In this document: positions 12,700 through 25,939 of the stretch, piece by piece
Layout: each line of letters begins with the position of its first letter
Numbering within the stretch: the stretch's first letter is position 1
Source of the DNA: Pecten maximus
Lineage: Eukaryota
Assembly: GCF_902652985.1 (NCBI RefSeq)
Contig: NC_047028.1
Span: 24,366,001-24,430,000, forward strand
DNA length: 64,000 bases
Direction of reading: 5' to 3'
Notes under the pieces: generated by a model
Told to the model about the DNA's origin: nothing
The model's database searches: none
Seen by the model: the letters and a program-made list of their open reading frames with translations, nothing else
Made by a program: the position numbers and the translations under genes

Positions 12700-15600
12700 A
12701 CCGTGGCTTCCACACCAAAGTTGTGTGTGGTTACGACAGCTATATATATGACGGTGTATTATCTTGGTTACCACATTACAGCTGTATGTATAGCGGTGTA
12801 TAACCGTGGTTTCCATATCACAGCTGTATGTATGGCAGTGTATTACCGTGGTTACCACACCACAGCTGTATGTGTGACGGTGTATTACCGTGGTTACCAT
12901 ATACCAGCTGTATGTATGGCAGTGTATTACCGTGGTTACCACACCACAGCTGTATGTGTGACGGTGTATTACCGTGGTTACCACACCACAGCTGTATGTA
13001 TGGAGGTGTATTACCGTGGTTACCACATCACAGCTGTATGTGTGACGGTGTATTACCGTGGTTACCACACCACAGCTGTATGTGTGACGGTGTATTACCG
13101 TGGTTACCACCCAACTGCTGTATGTATGACGGTGTATTATCTTGGTTACCATATCACAGCTGTATGCATGTATGGCGGTGTATTACCGTGGTTACCACAC
13201 CACAGCTGTATGTATGACGGTGTATTACCGTGGTTACCACACCACAGCTGTATGTGTGACGGTGTATTACCGTGGTTACCACACCACAGCTGTATGTATG
13301 GAGGTGTATTAACGTGGTTACCTCACCACAGCTGTATGTATGGCAGTGTATTACATTGGTTACCCCATCACAGCTGTATGTATGGCGGTTATCGTGGTAA
13401 CCACACCACAGCTGCATGTATGGCGGTTACCGTTGTAACTACACCACAGCTGTATGTATGTCGGTGTATTATCTTGGTAACCACACCACAGCTGTATGTA
13501 TGACGGTGTATTATCTTGGTTACCACACCACAGCTGTATGTATGACGGTGTATTACCGTGGTTACCACACCACAGCTGTATGTATGACGGTGTATTACCG
13601 TGGTTACCACACCACAGCTGTATGTATGACGGTGTATTACCGTGGTTACCACACCACAGCTGTATGTGTGACGGTGTATTACCGTGGTTACCACACCACA
13701 GCTTTATGTGTGACGGTGTATTACCGTGGTTACCACACCACAGCTGTATGTATGGAGGTGTATTACCGTGGTTACCACACCACAGCTGTATGTATGACGG
13801 TGTATTACCGTGGTTACCACACCACAGCTGTATGTATGACGGTGTATTACCGTGGTTACCACACCACAGCTGTATGTGTGACGGTGTATTACAGTGGTTA
13901 CCACTCCAAAGCTGTATGTATGACGGTGTACTACCGTGGTTACCACACCACAGCTGTATGTGTGACGGTGTATTACCGTGGTTACCACACCACAGCTATA
14001 TGTATTACGGTGTATTACCGTGGTTACCACACCACAGCTGTATGTATGACGGTGTATTATGGTGGTTACCACACCACAGCTACATATATTACGGTGTATT
14101 ACCGTGGATACCACACCACAGCTGTATGTATGACGGTGTATTACCGTGGTTACCACACCACAGCTGTATGTATGACGGTGTATTATGGTGGTTACCACAC
14201 CACAGCTACATATATTACGGTGTATTACCGTGGTTACCACACCACAGCTGTATGTATGACGGTGTATTACCGTGGTTACCACACCACAGCTGTATGTATG
14301 ACGGTGTATTACCGTGGTTACCACACCACAGCTGTATGTATGGAGGTGTATTACCGTGGTTACCACACCACAGCTGTATTATGACGGTGTATTACCGCGG
14401 TTACCACACCACAGCTGTATGTATGACGGTGTAATACCGTGGTTACCACACCACAGCTGTATGTGTGACGGTGTATTACAGTGGTTACCACCCCAAAGCT
14501 GTATGTATGACGGTGTACTACCGTGGTAACCACACCACAGCTGTATGTGTGACGGTGTGTTACCGTGGTTACCACACCACAGCTATATGTATTACGGTGT
14601 ATTACCGTGGTTACCACACCACAGCTGTATGTATGATGGTGTATTATGGTGGTTACCACACCACAGCTACATATATTACGGTGTATTACCTTTGTTACCA
14701 CACCACAGCTGTATGTGTGACGGTGTATTACAGTGGTTACCACACCACAGCTATATGTATGACGGTGTATTACCGTGGTTACCACACCACAGCTGTATGT
14801 ATGGAGGTGTATTACCGTGGTAACCACACCACAACTGTATGTATGACGGTGTATTACCGTGGTTACCACACCACAGCTGTATGTGTGACGGTGTATTACC
14901 GTGGTTACCACACCACAGCTGTATGTATGACGGCGTATTACCGTGGTTACCACACCACAGCTGTATGTATGACGATGTATTACAGTGGTTACCACACCAG
15001 AGCTGTATATATGGTGGTTTATTACCCTGGTTTCAACACCACAGCTGTATGTAAGGAGGTGTATTACCGTGGTGACTACACCACAGCTGTATGTAAGGAG
15101 GTGTATTACCGTGGTGACTACACCACAGCTGTATGTATGACGGTGTATTACCGTGGTTACCACATCACATCTGTATGTGTGACGGTGTATTACCGTGGTC
15201 ACCTCACACAGCTATATGTATGGCGGTGTATTACCGTGGTCACCTCACACAGCTATATGTATGACGGTGTATTACCGTGGTTACCACACCACAGCTATAT
15301 GTTTGGCGGTGTATTACCATGGTTACCACACTACAGCTGTATGTATGACGGTGTATTACCGTGGTTACCACACTACAGCTGTATGTATGACGGCGTATTA
15401 CAGTGGTTACCACACCAGAGCTATATGTATGGCGGCTCACAGCTGTATGTATGACGGTGTATTACCGTGGCTACCGCACCAGAGCTATATGTATGGCGGT
15501 TCACAGCTGTATGTATGACGGTGTATTACCGTCGTTACCACACCACAACTATATGCATGACGGTGTATTACCGTGGTAACCACACCAGAGCTATATGTAT

Positions 15601-17240
15601 GGCGGTTCACAGCTGTATGTATGACGGTGTATTACCGTGGTTACCACATCACAGCTGTATGTGTGACGGTGTATTACCGTGGTTACCACACCACAGCTGT
15701 ATGTGTGACGGTGTATTACCGTGGTTACCACCCAACTGCTGTATGTATGACGGTGTATTATCTTGGTTACCATATCACAGCTGTAAGCATGTATGGCGGT
15801 GTATTACCGTGGTTACCACACCACAGCTGTATGTATGACGGTGTATTACCGTGGTTACCACACCACAGCTGTATGTGTGACGGTGTATTACCGTGGTTAC
15901 CACACCACAGCTGTATGTATGGAGGTGTATTAACGTGGTTACCTCACCACAGCTACATATATTACGGTGTATTACCTTGGTTACCACACCACAGCTGTAT
16001 GTGTGACGGTGTATTACCGTGGTTACCACACCACAGCTGTATGTATGACGGTGTATTACCGTGGTTACCACATCACAGCTGTATGTGTGACGGTGTATTA
16101 CCGTGGTTACCACACCACAGCTGTATGTGTGACGGTGTATTACCGTGGTTACCACCCAACTGCTGTATGTATGACGGTGTATTATCTTGGTTACCATATC
16201 ACAGCTGTAAGCATGTATGTCGGTGTATTACCGTGGTTACCACACCACAGCTGTATGTATGTCGGTGTATTATCTTGGTAACCACACCACAGCTGTATGT
16301 ATGACGGTGTATTACCGTGGTTACCACACCACAGCTGTATGTATGATGGTGTATTATGGTGGTTACCACACCACAGCTACATATATTACGGTGTATTACC
16401 TTGGTTACCACACCACAGCTGTATGTGTGACGGTGTATTACAGTGGTTACCACACCACAGCTATATGTATGACGGTGTATTACCGTGGTTACCACACCAC
16501 AGCTGTATGTATTGAGGTGTATTACCGTGGTAACCACACCACAACTGTATGTATGACGGTGTATTACCGTGGTTACCACACCACAGCTGTATGTATGACG
16601 GTGTATTACCGTGGTTACCACACCACAGCTGTATGTATGACGGCGTATTACCGTGGTTACCACACCACAGCTGTATGTATGACGATGTATTACAGTGGTT
16701 ACCACACCAGAGCTGTATATATGGTGGTTTATTACCCTGGTTTCAACACCACAGCTGTATGTAAGGAGGTGTATTACCGTGGTGACTACACCACAGCTGT
16801 ATGTAAGGAGGTGTATTACCGTGGTGACTACACCACAGCTGTATGTATGACGGTGTATTACCGTGGTTACCACATCACATCTGTATGTGTGACGGTGTAT
16901 TACCGTGGTCACCTCACACAGCTATATGTATGGCGGTTCACAGCTGTATGTATGACGGTGTATTACCGTGGTTACCACACCACAGCTATATGTATGACGG
17001 TGTATTACCGTGGTTACCACACCAGAGCTATATGTATGGCGGTTCACAGCTGTATGTATGACGGTGTATTACCGTGGTTACCCCACCAGAGCTATATGTA
17101 TGGCGGTTCACAGCTGTATGCATGACGGTGTATTACCGTGGTTACCACACCAGAGCTATATGTATGGCGGTTCACAGCTGTATGTATGACGGTGTATTAC
17201 CGTGGTTACCATGGTAACGGTATAACGGTGTATTATATTG
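12700..17240. repeat. 42-bp minisatellite (cacagctgtatgtatgacggtgtattaccgtggttaccacac)n, ~4.5 kb
   Basis: 42-bp periodicity, with truncated variants and block duplications. Confidence 0.97.
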
Positions 17241-17565
17241 GTTACTTTGGTCCCATCGTTAACACGATACAGGTTTTTCATTGACTTTTTATGTAAGCTT
17301 TTTTAATTTCAACTTTTCGTTTGGAATAGAAATAGAATACATTTATAGATGTTCAGCCCCTGAAATTTATAAGCATGTTTTTCGTAGCATAAATAAATCA
17401 AGATTCCATCACTGCATGCAATCCTGTCTTTAAATCACATGGTGAATAATGTACGCTGTGCACACTGTATACAAAACACTGCCTGATGTTTTGCCGCAAG
17501 GCTGAAACCTTATTCCAAAGTGATGCTTATCAATAATAAAACACAGATACACATTTTCATCTTAT

Positions 17566-17571
17566 TTTATT
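17566..17571 (-). terminator. Putative HSP70 polyadenylation signal AATAAA
   Basis: tttatt on the plus strand, ~260 bp downstream of the stop codon. Confidence 0.45.
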
Positions 17572-17832
17572 GATAACAGCATAAACATAAAAGTTAACAA
17601 TGAAAACTTAATGACATAGTAAATCTTGGCACAACAGCACAATACGTGTGTACATCATTGTATATCAAAATAATAAATCAACAAATTTAACAAAATAGAA
17701 AAAAAATATATGAGCAAAAATGTCAATGCATGTACTATATCAATTTCAAAGTTTTACGTAAATCTCTACTCGAGCTTATGTAAATGAGCAATATCCGTGT
17801 AACTTAAAAATTGACCGTTAATGACCGATTCC

Positions 17833-19776
17833 TTAGTACACTTCCTCCACTGTAGGGCCTGTACTTGTCCTGTCACGTGTCTCGTGACCACAGTTCCCCT
17901 GAGGTGCCCCTCTGGGATTACCCTGTGGGGAACCTCCGTGGAGTTTGGCCATTATAGGTGAACACAGTTTCTGGAATTCCTTTAGTTTAAATTCGTATTC
18001 CTCCACATCAGCCATTGTGTTACTGTCCAACCACTTCAGATTATCCTCACATCCCTGACTGACAGCTGATTTTTCCTCTGACGATAGTTTGTCTCCAACA
18101 TTTTCCATGGCCTGTTTGACACTGAAAATATAGTTCTCGAGCTCATTCCTGGCGGAAACTCGTTTCCTTTGTTTCTCGTCCTCATCTTTGTATTTTTCCG
18201 CCTCGGCTACCATTTTCTCAATGTCCTCTTTACTCAGACGTCCCCTATCGTTGGTGATGGTGATTTTGTTGGATTTCCCCGTACTTTTGTCCTCGGCCGA
18301 CACATTGAGTATCCCATTAGCGTCAATGTCAAATTGGACATCAATCTGTGGAACACCTCGTGGTGCTGGAGGGATACCATTTAGTTCAAACCTTCCTAGT
18401 TGGTTATTGTCCTTGGTCATAACTCGCTCTCCCTCGAACACTTGAATACTCACACCTGGCTGGTTATCAGAATACGTGGTAAAGGTCTGTGAGGTTTTGG
18501 TTGGAATTCTAGTATTCCTTTCGATCAGCTTCGTCATCACACCTCCCGCTGTTTCTATTCCGAGGGACAGAGGGGCCACGTCCACTAGAAGAACGTCCTT
18601 TATGACGTCACTACTGTCGCCATTGAGCACAGCGGCCTGAACTGCAGCACCGTACGCCACTGCCTCGTCAGGATTTATGGACTTGTTAAGTTGTTTTCCA
18701 TTCATGAAATCTTCCAGCATTTTTTGGATTTTTGGTATACGTGTAGATCCACCAACCAACACGATCTCGTGAATTTTCGATTTGTCCATTTTGGCGTCTC
18801 GAAGTGCCTTTTCCACAGGTTCTAGAGTAGAACGGAATAGGTCGGCACACAAATCCTCAAATCTGGCTCTCGTGAGCTTACTGTAAAAGTCTATTCCCTC
18901 AAACAGAGAATCGATTTCAACGCTTGCTTCACTGCTGCTCGACAGAGTCCTCTTTGCACGTTCACATGCAGTACGTAGTCTCCTCAATGCCCTGGTGTTT
19001 TGACTCAAGTCTTTACCATATTTCCGTTTGAACTCTTGCACAAAATGATTGACGATCCTGTTGTCGAAATCCTCCCCACCTAAGTGTGTGTCACCAGCAG
19101 TAGATCTCACTTCGAAAATTGACCCCTCATCGATAGTTAGAATGGACACATCAAATGTTCCTCCACCGAGATCAAAGATGAGGACATTTTTCTCTCCTTT
19201 CATATTCTTGTCCAGCCCATAGGCAAGAGCGGCAGCGGTAGGTTCGTTGACAATTCTGAGGACGTTAAGTCCGGCGATCATCCCAGCATCCTTTGTCGCC
19301 TGTCTCTGAGAGTCATTAAAGTAGGCCGGCACAGTGATCACAGCATCCTTGACCTTTTGACCCAGGAAGGCTTCAGCCGTCTCCTTCATTTTAGAAAGTA
19401 CCATGGAACTAATCTCCTCTGGTGTGAACTGTTTTGTGGCGCCGTTGGAATCCACCTGAATCTTTGGTTTACCTGCGTTGTTGACGATCTTAAATGACCA
19501 ATGCTTCATGTCCGATTGGACATTCTTGTCATCGTATTTACGCCCAATTAATCGCTTTGCATCAAACACTGTATTCTGTGGGTTCATAGCCACTTGGCCC
19601 TTGGCTGCGTCACCAATCAGTCTCTCCGTGTCTGTAAAAGCCACATAACTAGGCGTGGTCCTGTTGCCCTGATCGTTGGCAATTATCTCCACCTTTCCGT
19701 GTTGAAATACTCCGACACAGGAATATGTCGTACCCAGATCTATTCCAATAGCTGGAGCTTTACGTGAGTTTGCCAT
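17833..19776 (-). CDS. HSP70: Heat shock protein 70, intronless cytosolic inducible type
   Basis: Complete ORF from ATG 19776 ([22 protein letters not shown]) carrying all three HSP70 signatures ([36 protein letters not shown]); no introns; C-terminus GPTVEEVY. The ORF-track start at 19788 is TTG. Confidence 0.98.
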   Translation of the reverse strand: MANSRKAPAIGIDLGTTYSCVGVFQHGKVEIIANDQGNRTTPSYVAFTDTERLIGDAAKGQVAMNPQNTVFDAKRLIGRKYDDKNVQSDMKHWSFKIVNNAGKPKIQVDSNGATKQFTPEEISSMVLSKMKETAEAFLGQKVKDAVITVPAYFNDSQRQATKDAGMIAGLNVLRIVNEPTAAALAYGLDKNMKGEKNVLIFDLGGGTFDVSILTIDEGSIFEVRSTAGDTHLGGEDFDNRIVNHFVQEFKRKYGKDLSQNTRALRRLRTACERAKRTLSSSSEASVEIDSLFEGIDFYSKLTRARFEDLCADLFRSTLEPVEKALRDAKMDKSKIHEIVLVGGSTRIPKIQKMLEDFMNGKQLNKSINPDEAVAYGAAVQAAVLNGDSSDVIKDVLLVDVAPLSLGIETAGGVMTKLIERNTRIPTKTSQTFTTYSDNQPGVSIQVFEGERVMTKDNNQLGRFELNGIPPAPRGVPQIDVQFDIDANGILNVSAEDKSTGKSNKITITNDRGRLSKEDIEKMVAEAEKYKDEDEKQRKRVSARNELENYIFSVKQAMENVGDKLSSEEKSAVSQGCEDNLKWLDSNTMADVEEYEFKLKEFQKLCSPIMAKLHGGSPQGNPRGAPQGNCGHETRDRTSTGPTVEEVY

Positions 19777-19939
19777 GTCCGTCTTCAAGTGTCAAATCGA
19801 AAGTAGAATATGTACTGTTTACAATAATGTCCTGACGCCGTGTATGTATAATGCACACAGATATAATATCTTCTCTCTGCTACTTCCGTGTAGGACTGAT
19901 CACTTTTCTGATTCTGACCACAACTTGTACACGCCATGG

Positions 19940-20150
19940 TTATATACCCTTCGCCGATATTTTCAGGAATCATCTGGTGTATCTAGAAAGTACTGGTAAA
20001 TCGTGAATGATCCAGAACGTCTGGAACCAATCGGAACACCTCGCCTCCGTCTGCGAACGTAGGAGAAAATGACGAGGGGTTCCGATTGCGTCTGGAACGT
20101 TCTAATGGAACGATCAGTCTAGAGACGTCCCGAAAGAATTTAGGTCGCCG
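19940..20150 (-). promoter_or_regulatory. HSP70 promoter: TATA box and heat-shock-element-like nGAAn arrays
   Basis: TATATAA on the minus strand at 19946-19940; perfect GAAcgTTC at 20095-20102; clustered degenerate GAA/TTC units at 19960-20040 (ttcaggaat, tctagaaag, tgaatgatccagaacgtctggaac). Confidence 0.8.
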
Positions 20151-20662
20151 GTTTATGAGGCTCATCAAGGGGTACCGACACATTTGAGTTGGTGTATAAC
20201 CGCTCCCCTGAATACTGTTTTACGGTCCATCGGCATCGACACAGATATAATTGATGCCAACAGTCATGATTTAATAATTGTGATTATTTTTAATCTCTTA
20301 AAAAGGATTTTATTTATATAAACATTACAATTTACTGTTATAATTAACTAGCTAAAGTGATATATATCTGATTAAAAAATAACCATTTACATGTACTAAA
20401 AGAGACGTATATGTATATGTTATAATGTGATATATATACCTATATTTGCTATAGGTAACATGTCTGTTATTGAATAGTCTACATGTTGTTTATTTTATTT
20501 AATGAAAACTAACTTATAAAATAGTTTAATTTCATTGACATCATAAATACGGGCCCATCATTGAATCGTTTAAATAATACACTGTATATGACAACTGATG
20601 ACAGCAGACAACATGAATAAAATTCCTGTTCGCCGTCTAACTTGCGTTAAAAAATCACATTA

Positions 20663-21971
20663 TTATTCTCTTTATTTCCTCCAAAATGAAGCTTTTATAA
20701 ACAGAATAAATACATAAGTGTATATACAAATACATTTGAATGACATGCATGTAGGAATAATTAAATGTGCATATTTTTTTACAAGTGGAATTAATAATAG
20801 ACATGTGCATTATAGTCGATTAGTGGTACTATGTACATAATCTACGATAATATGTCTCTATAAACAGACATTACATTTAAGGTGCATTCGAATATCACTT
20901 TCTAGACATATATATTTCACATACTCATATATTAAATTACTATAATTAATAGATTACACTTTAAATCATACGTGCAAACCGTAATTAATGATGTATATTC
21001 ATTCAAACACACACACACACACAAAAAAAAAACTTTAAATGTAGTGACGTCAGTCACGCTACCGGTAATAAGTTTTTGACATTTTTTCAACAGCAACTAG
21101 GCCTACTGTTATTTTTCTGAATTCATCAATATCTACTTTACTCAATTCGAAATTAATTGGTCCACCAATTAGGATATGTACAAGTTCTTTATCCGACAGG
21201 GAATGCAGATAGACACTCAACAATAAACCCGTGTCACTAATACATGCGATGGAACACCATATTTGATCTCTCAGATTATCGATGTAACTACAGTCTAATA
21301 TGATATGGGTTAAAACATCTCTATACATATTGCCGCATTTGTGACATAGCTCTGTCAATTCATTTGTAAAGTTGGAAACGGCAATTTTCATAACATAATG
21401 TATGGAGTTTCTGCAGCAAGGATATTTCATTGCAAGTTTCCATAACACATGCGGTTCTAATTTATTATGAATAAGCCTAAATCTACTGAATTCATTATCG
21501 CTCATCATTCTCTCTTTCCACTCTTTTTCTTCTTTTGACAACACTGACGCTTTCACGAGTTTCTTCCATTGCGGTTTTGAGGGAAATGTACTTGTTTGAA
21601 TAAATAATTTGACTACATCATTCAATTTATATTTATTAATTACTTTCATAATATCATCCACAATTCCACCTTTGTTTTCATTCCCACTTAACATAGATTT
21701 GTAAAGCCTTCTTAAAAATATACAATATGTCAAAGTACTCTTCTCTAAATGGCATAATCTTCCAAAAAACAATAGTTTTTTAATGTCTATATAACCTTCT
21801 ATGGTTGTCCATCCAATCAACACCAAATACATATCGGTACGGGTCCTGTTATTAAATCCCTGAATTGCTTTGAGAATAAACCTATGTGCCCTCTCTAACA
21901 TCAAAACTTCATTCCTAGATAAAATCCATAGTTCGCAACCATATAGTGCTGACGTATACACAGTTTGTTTG
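20663..21971 (-). mobile_element. 5'-truncated non-LTR retrotransposon (RTE/RTE-X-like ORF2 C-terminus and 3' UTR)
   Basis: ORF 21059-21961 has a post-RT LYGCELW motif and a CxxC...H...C finger (CHKCGNMYRDVLTHIILDC); 3' end reads ggaggaaataaagagaataat; flanked by ~165 bp direct repeats. Confidence 0.85.
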
Positions 21972-22248
21972 ATTTAATGAACACTAACTTATAAAATAGT
22001 TTAATTTCATTGACATCATAAATACGGGCCCATCATTGAATCATTTAAATAATACACTGTATATGACAACTGATGACAGCAGACAACATGAATAAAATTC
22101 CTGTTCGCCGTCTAACTTTGTGTTTAAAAAAATCACATTATATCTTTGACTTGTTTGATGCAAAATCTTTATTTTTTTTACTGATTGATAAAGTATTGTA
22201 CAAAAAGACACACTAGTGATTCGCGCCTTCATATACAGGTACCAATTC

Positions 22249-22315
22249 TTAGCCCGAGTTTCCTCTGGCCCTGTCACCATGCCATGGTGACAGGGTCAGA
22301 GGAAACTCGGGCTAA
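22249..22315. repeat. Near-perfect 67-bp hairpin (miniature inverted-repeat element)
   Basis: ttagcccgagtttcctctggccctgtcaccatg-c-catggtgacagggtcagaggaaactcgggctaa, one mismatch between arms. Confidence 0.85.
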
Positions 22316-23989
22316 TCAATTCTGTGATATCCAACAAACATATTTAATATCAGAATGCATTATACAGCTGTAAGTCCTTCTTCGACCCGTCAGTGGTGGT
22401 AGGGGCTAAAAATGCCCAAATCATTAAGGAAGGTTAGAAAATAAAGAAACGTTGAAATAAAGGAGGGGAGGGATACCAACCCCCGTAATTTATATAGGCT
22501 ATCTAACAATTACTGATATTATTCAGATCAGTATGACACAAAACCACGTTACATAACTACCATCTACAGCCATATAACACGTGAAATTATCATGATTATT
22601 AATTATTATAGAATGGAAATTGTCTAATTCTTTTAAATTGCATAAACCATTTCAATTGATATGTACAAATTCTATTAGAAAATCTCACTCGTAATTGTAA
22701 TTTGTTAAAATCTAAGATTGGATAAATTTGAGACACGGCCCTTTACTTCTAGGCACTCCATGTTGTTAGATACGTCCTTGTTCCTCTAAACAATCGAAGT
22801 AATGATTTAATATATTTGTTTTATCATTATCGGTCATTGCAAGGTTCCTATCATCGTTTACGTGGGATGTTCTCTGAATGCAAACATTTTTTAACCAATA
22901 GGTAGGTGATGTTTCAGGAAACAATGGGAAGGCAATTATATACTGCTTCATATAAGTTGTCTTTTTACCTGTACAGTCACCTGAGATTTAACAACAGCAT
23001 ACAGAATTGTATTTTTCCCCATTTTCATACAACATGCATGCATGCATTTGTAGCGGGGTGTAATTTGTCGTAAAATGATGACAATGCCGCTGTGTTCGTT
23101 TTATACAAAGGTTTTATTGTTTGTCAAAAAACCCACGTTAACACGTATAGTGCATCAACGTAAGAAGGCTAAACACAGTTCGCTTCCATGATCGCCATAC
23201 TGATACCGCACAACAGATGCAAACAATACAAGAATATGACTCTACATGGTGACAGATGAATTCGATATTGTCCAATTTCAACGACGTCGAAATTCAAAAG
23301 TACCGAAACACAAAGAAACAAAGACTAAAACCAAAGACAGAAACTTTTAACCAATCAAACACGTTTGTCACAGTCACATGTCACGTTCGTCAGCGAAACA
23401 TACCAATATACACACAAAGAACCGCGCACGGGATCGCCAGTAACGCATATATATACGCACGCACGCAGGTAAAAGGTCGCGAGGGCCTTATATCTCAATA
23501 ATAAATACCTTATATATTTATTATATTTTATTAATAATTATCACACATGTACATGTATACATTTCACAAATATCAAACACTTCATTAAAAATGACCCTAT
23601 TACACATTCAACAAAATGAGCAGAACATAGTTTTTAAGAATTTAGCAAAAGATATGTTATACCATGTTATAACAGAAGTAGGTCAAATTGTACTTATCAT
23701 ATGCCATAGAGAAAGTTTAAATATCTGAAATATAAACGCACATAGAGAAAGATAAAAATGAATAGACACACATGTACATGTACCACTCAACAAAGGCAAT
23801 ATAGGAAGTTTGAGGGCGATATGCTTGAGCACATCGGAAAATAAATTTTATTTTTACAAGGAAAATAAATATATAAAATAAAAATGTAAAAGCAAAATAC
23901 AAAATGTATTTAAAATCACTTATAATCAACAACTAACCATGCCCAGTCTAATAATGTCAGGCAGCATACTGATTTACATGTTAATATGA

Positions 23990-24200
23990 ACTCTAGATCT
24001 ATATTTTTGGATTTTGACCGCGATATATCTACGGATGAAATTAAAAGTGCTATAAAGGCTTTGAAGCGTCTAAAACACGACAAGACACACGGCATTGACG
24101 GCCCTTTAAATGAATATTTCATAAAAAGCTAGTGCCATTTTAATTCAAGCTTTACATACTCTTTTTAACAATGTATTTTACTCTTGATATTTGCCTAAAA
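23990..24200 (+). mobile_element. Degenerate LINE ORF2 fragment (region just upstream of the RT core)
   Basis: Translates as DISTDEIKSAIKALKRLKHDKTHGIDGPLNEYFIK, resembling the K.GK..G.D.I.NE motif, followed by LHTLFNNVF. Confidence 0.6.
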
Positions 24201-24377
24201 TGGACGCCGGTTATGAAAGGCGTTTTTTGACAGAAAGAAACTAGAAGGTGTGGAACAGTGTACTTAACTTGGAATTATTTGTAAATCTATTGATCAGTTC
24301 AATATTGTGACAAAACAATAATCAGTGCAAGGTGGAAAGACAAATTGTAAAAATAAGAATTAAAACTGTCATACTTT

Positions 24378-25229
24378 TTGAGCTACCTGACAACTCTAGA
24401 CGGACGTTCTAACCTGACAACCCTGGATCTCCGAACTCTAGACGGACGCTCTAACCCGACAACCCGGGATCTCCGAGCTCTAGACGGACGCTCTAACCTG
24501 ACAACCCGGGATCTCCGAACTCTAGACGGACGCTCTAACCTGACAACCCGGGATCTCCGAACTCTAGACGGACGCTCTAACCTGACAACCCGGGATCTCC
24601 GAACTCTAGACGGACGCTCTAACCTGACAACCCGGGATCTCCGAAGCTCTAGACGGACGCTCTAACATGACAACCCGGGATCTCCGAGCTCTAGACGGAC
24701 GCTCTAACCCGACAACCCGGGATCTCCGAACTCTAGACGGACGCTCTAACATGACAACCCGGGATCTCCGAACTCTAGACGGAAGTTCTAACCTGACAAC
24801 CCGGAATCTCTGAACTCTAGACGGACGTTCTAACCTGACAACTCGGGATCTCCGAACCCTAGATGGACCCTCTTACCTGACAACCCGGGATCTCCGAACT
24901 CTAGACGGACGCTCTAACCTGACAATCCAGGATCTCCGAACTCTAGACGGACGTTCTAACCTGACAACCCGGGATCTCCGAGCTCTAGACGGACGCTCTA
25001 ACCTGACAACCCAGGATCTCCGAACTCTAGACGGACGCTCTAACATGGACAACCCTGGATCTCCGAACTCTAGACGGACGCTCTAACCTGACAACCCGGG
25101 ATCTCCGAACTCTAGACGGACGTTCTAACATGACAACCCGGGATCTCCGAACTCTAGACGGACGCTCTAACCCTGACAACCCGGGATCTCCGAACTCTAG
25201 ACGGACGCTCCAACCATTTGAGTTTCATG
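24378..25229 (-). repeat. 42-bp minisatellite (gaactctagacggacgctctaacctgacaacccgggatctcc)n, ~20 units, derived from a tRNA-like sequence
   Basis: Clear periodicity; the minus strand at the right end reads actcaaatggttggagcgtccgtctagagttcggagatcccgggtt. Confidence 0.95.
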
Positions 25230-25939
25230 ACCAAACGGGAATTTGTGGGTATTGACATAGAAATAGAACTCTGCTACTTGGCTCCTAGTTAGGCTACTAG
25301 CGGAAACAATGTATCATGTATTTTGCAGAAAGTTGTCCACCTAGAGCAGTCAACGTAATTATTCAAACGATTGGGACTCATTCCGTATATGGCATTGTCG
25401 GTGTTGCAGCTCGTGCAGGTTTTACTTTGCTCTTTTAGGTGGAATTCAATAACTAGCTAGTCTAGTTGTTTAAAGACTCATAGTGCATAACATACAAACT
25501 GTCCATCACTCGAAATTCCACGAATGTGAGACACACCCAAGGTATTGCTATTGCTTTCTCCCTTTCACAATGGCTGTATAAGTTTTTAACTATGCCAGTG
25601 CCATACCTGAACCATTACATTGCTAACATTTTTGAACTGAGACTGGTTGCCTGCTTTTTTTGTTTTACTTCTATTTACCACTTGGAGGTTTTAATGAGTA
25701 CAGCCTAGCTGTGACCTTTTGCACCTAAGAAAGAGAATGCCATGACGTCATGAAAAAAGTATATTATGACGTCATACATTAGTTGCCAAGCTGCTTAGCA
25801 ATTTGCAAAGGCGATGATGGCCAGTCTTGATATTTACATCTGATTTTAAGACGTGGATTACAACAATGGATATTATCGAATTGTCATTCGTTGTATTGGT
25901 GGCGATGCTGTATATTATGTATTATGCTCCTGCTATGTA

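Noticed and set aside
12676-17125. Many overlapping ORFs on both strands (TAVCMTVYYRGYHT and others)
   Set aside because: Products of the 42-bp satellite, open in several frames at once
19777-19788. ORF-track N-terminal extension MKTD of HSP70
   Set aside because: Begins at TTG; the eukaryotic start is the ATG at 19776
23049-23545. Possible solo LTR (TGTA...CACA with minus-strand TATA and AATAAA)
   Set aside because: No exact target-site duplication or second LTR found; cannot be supported without a genome search
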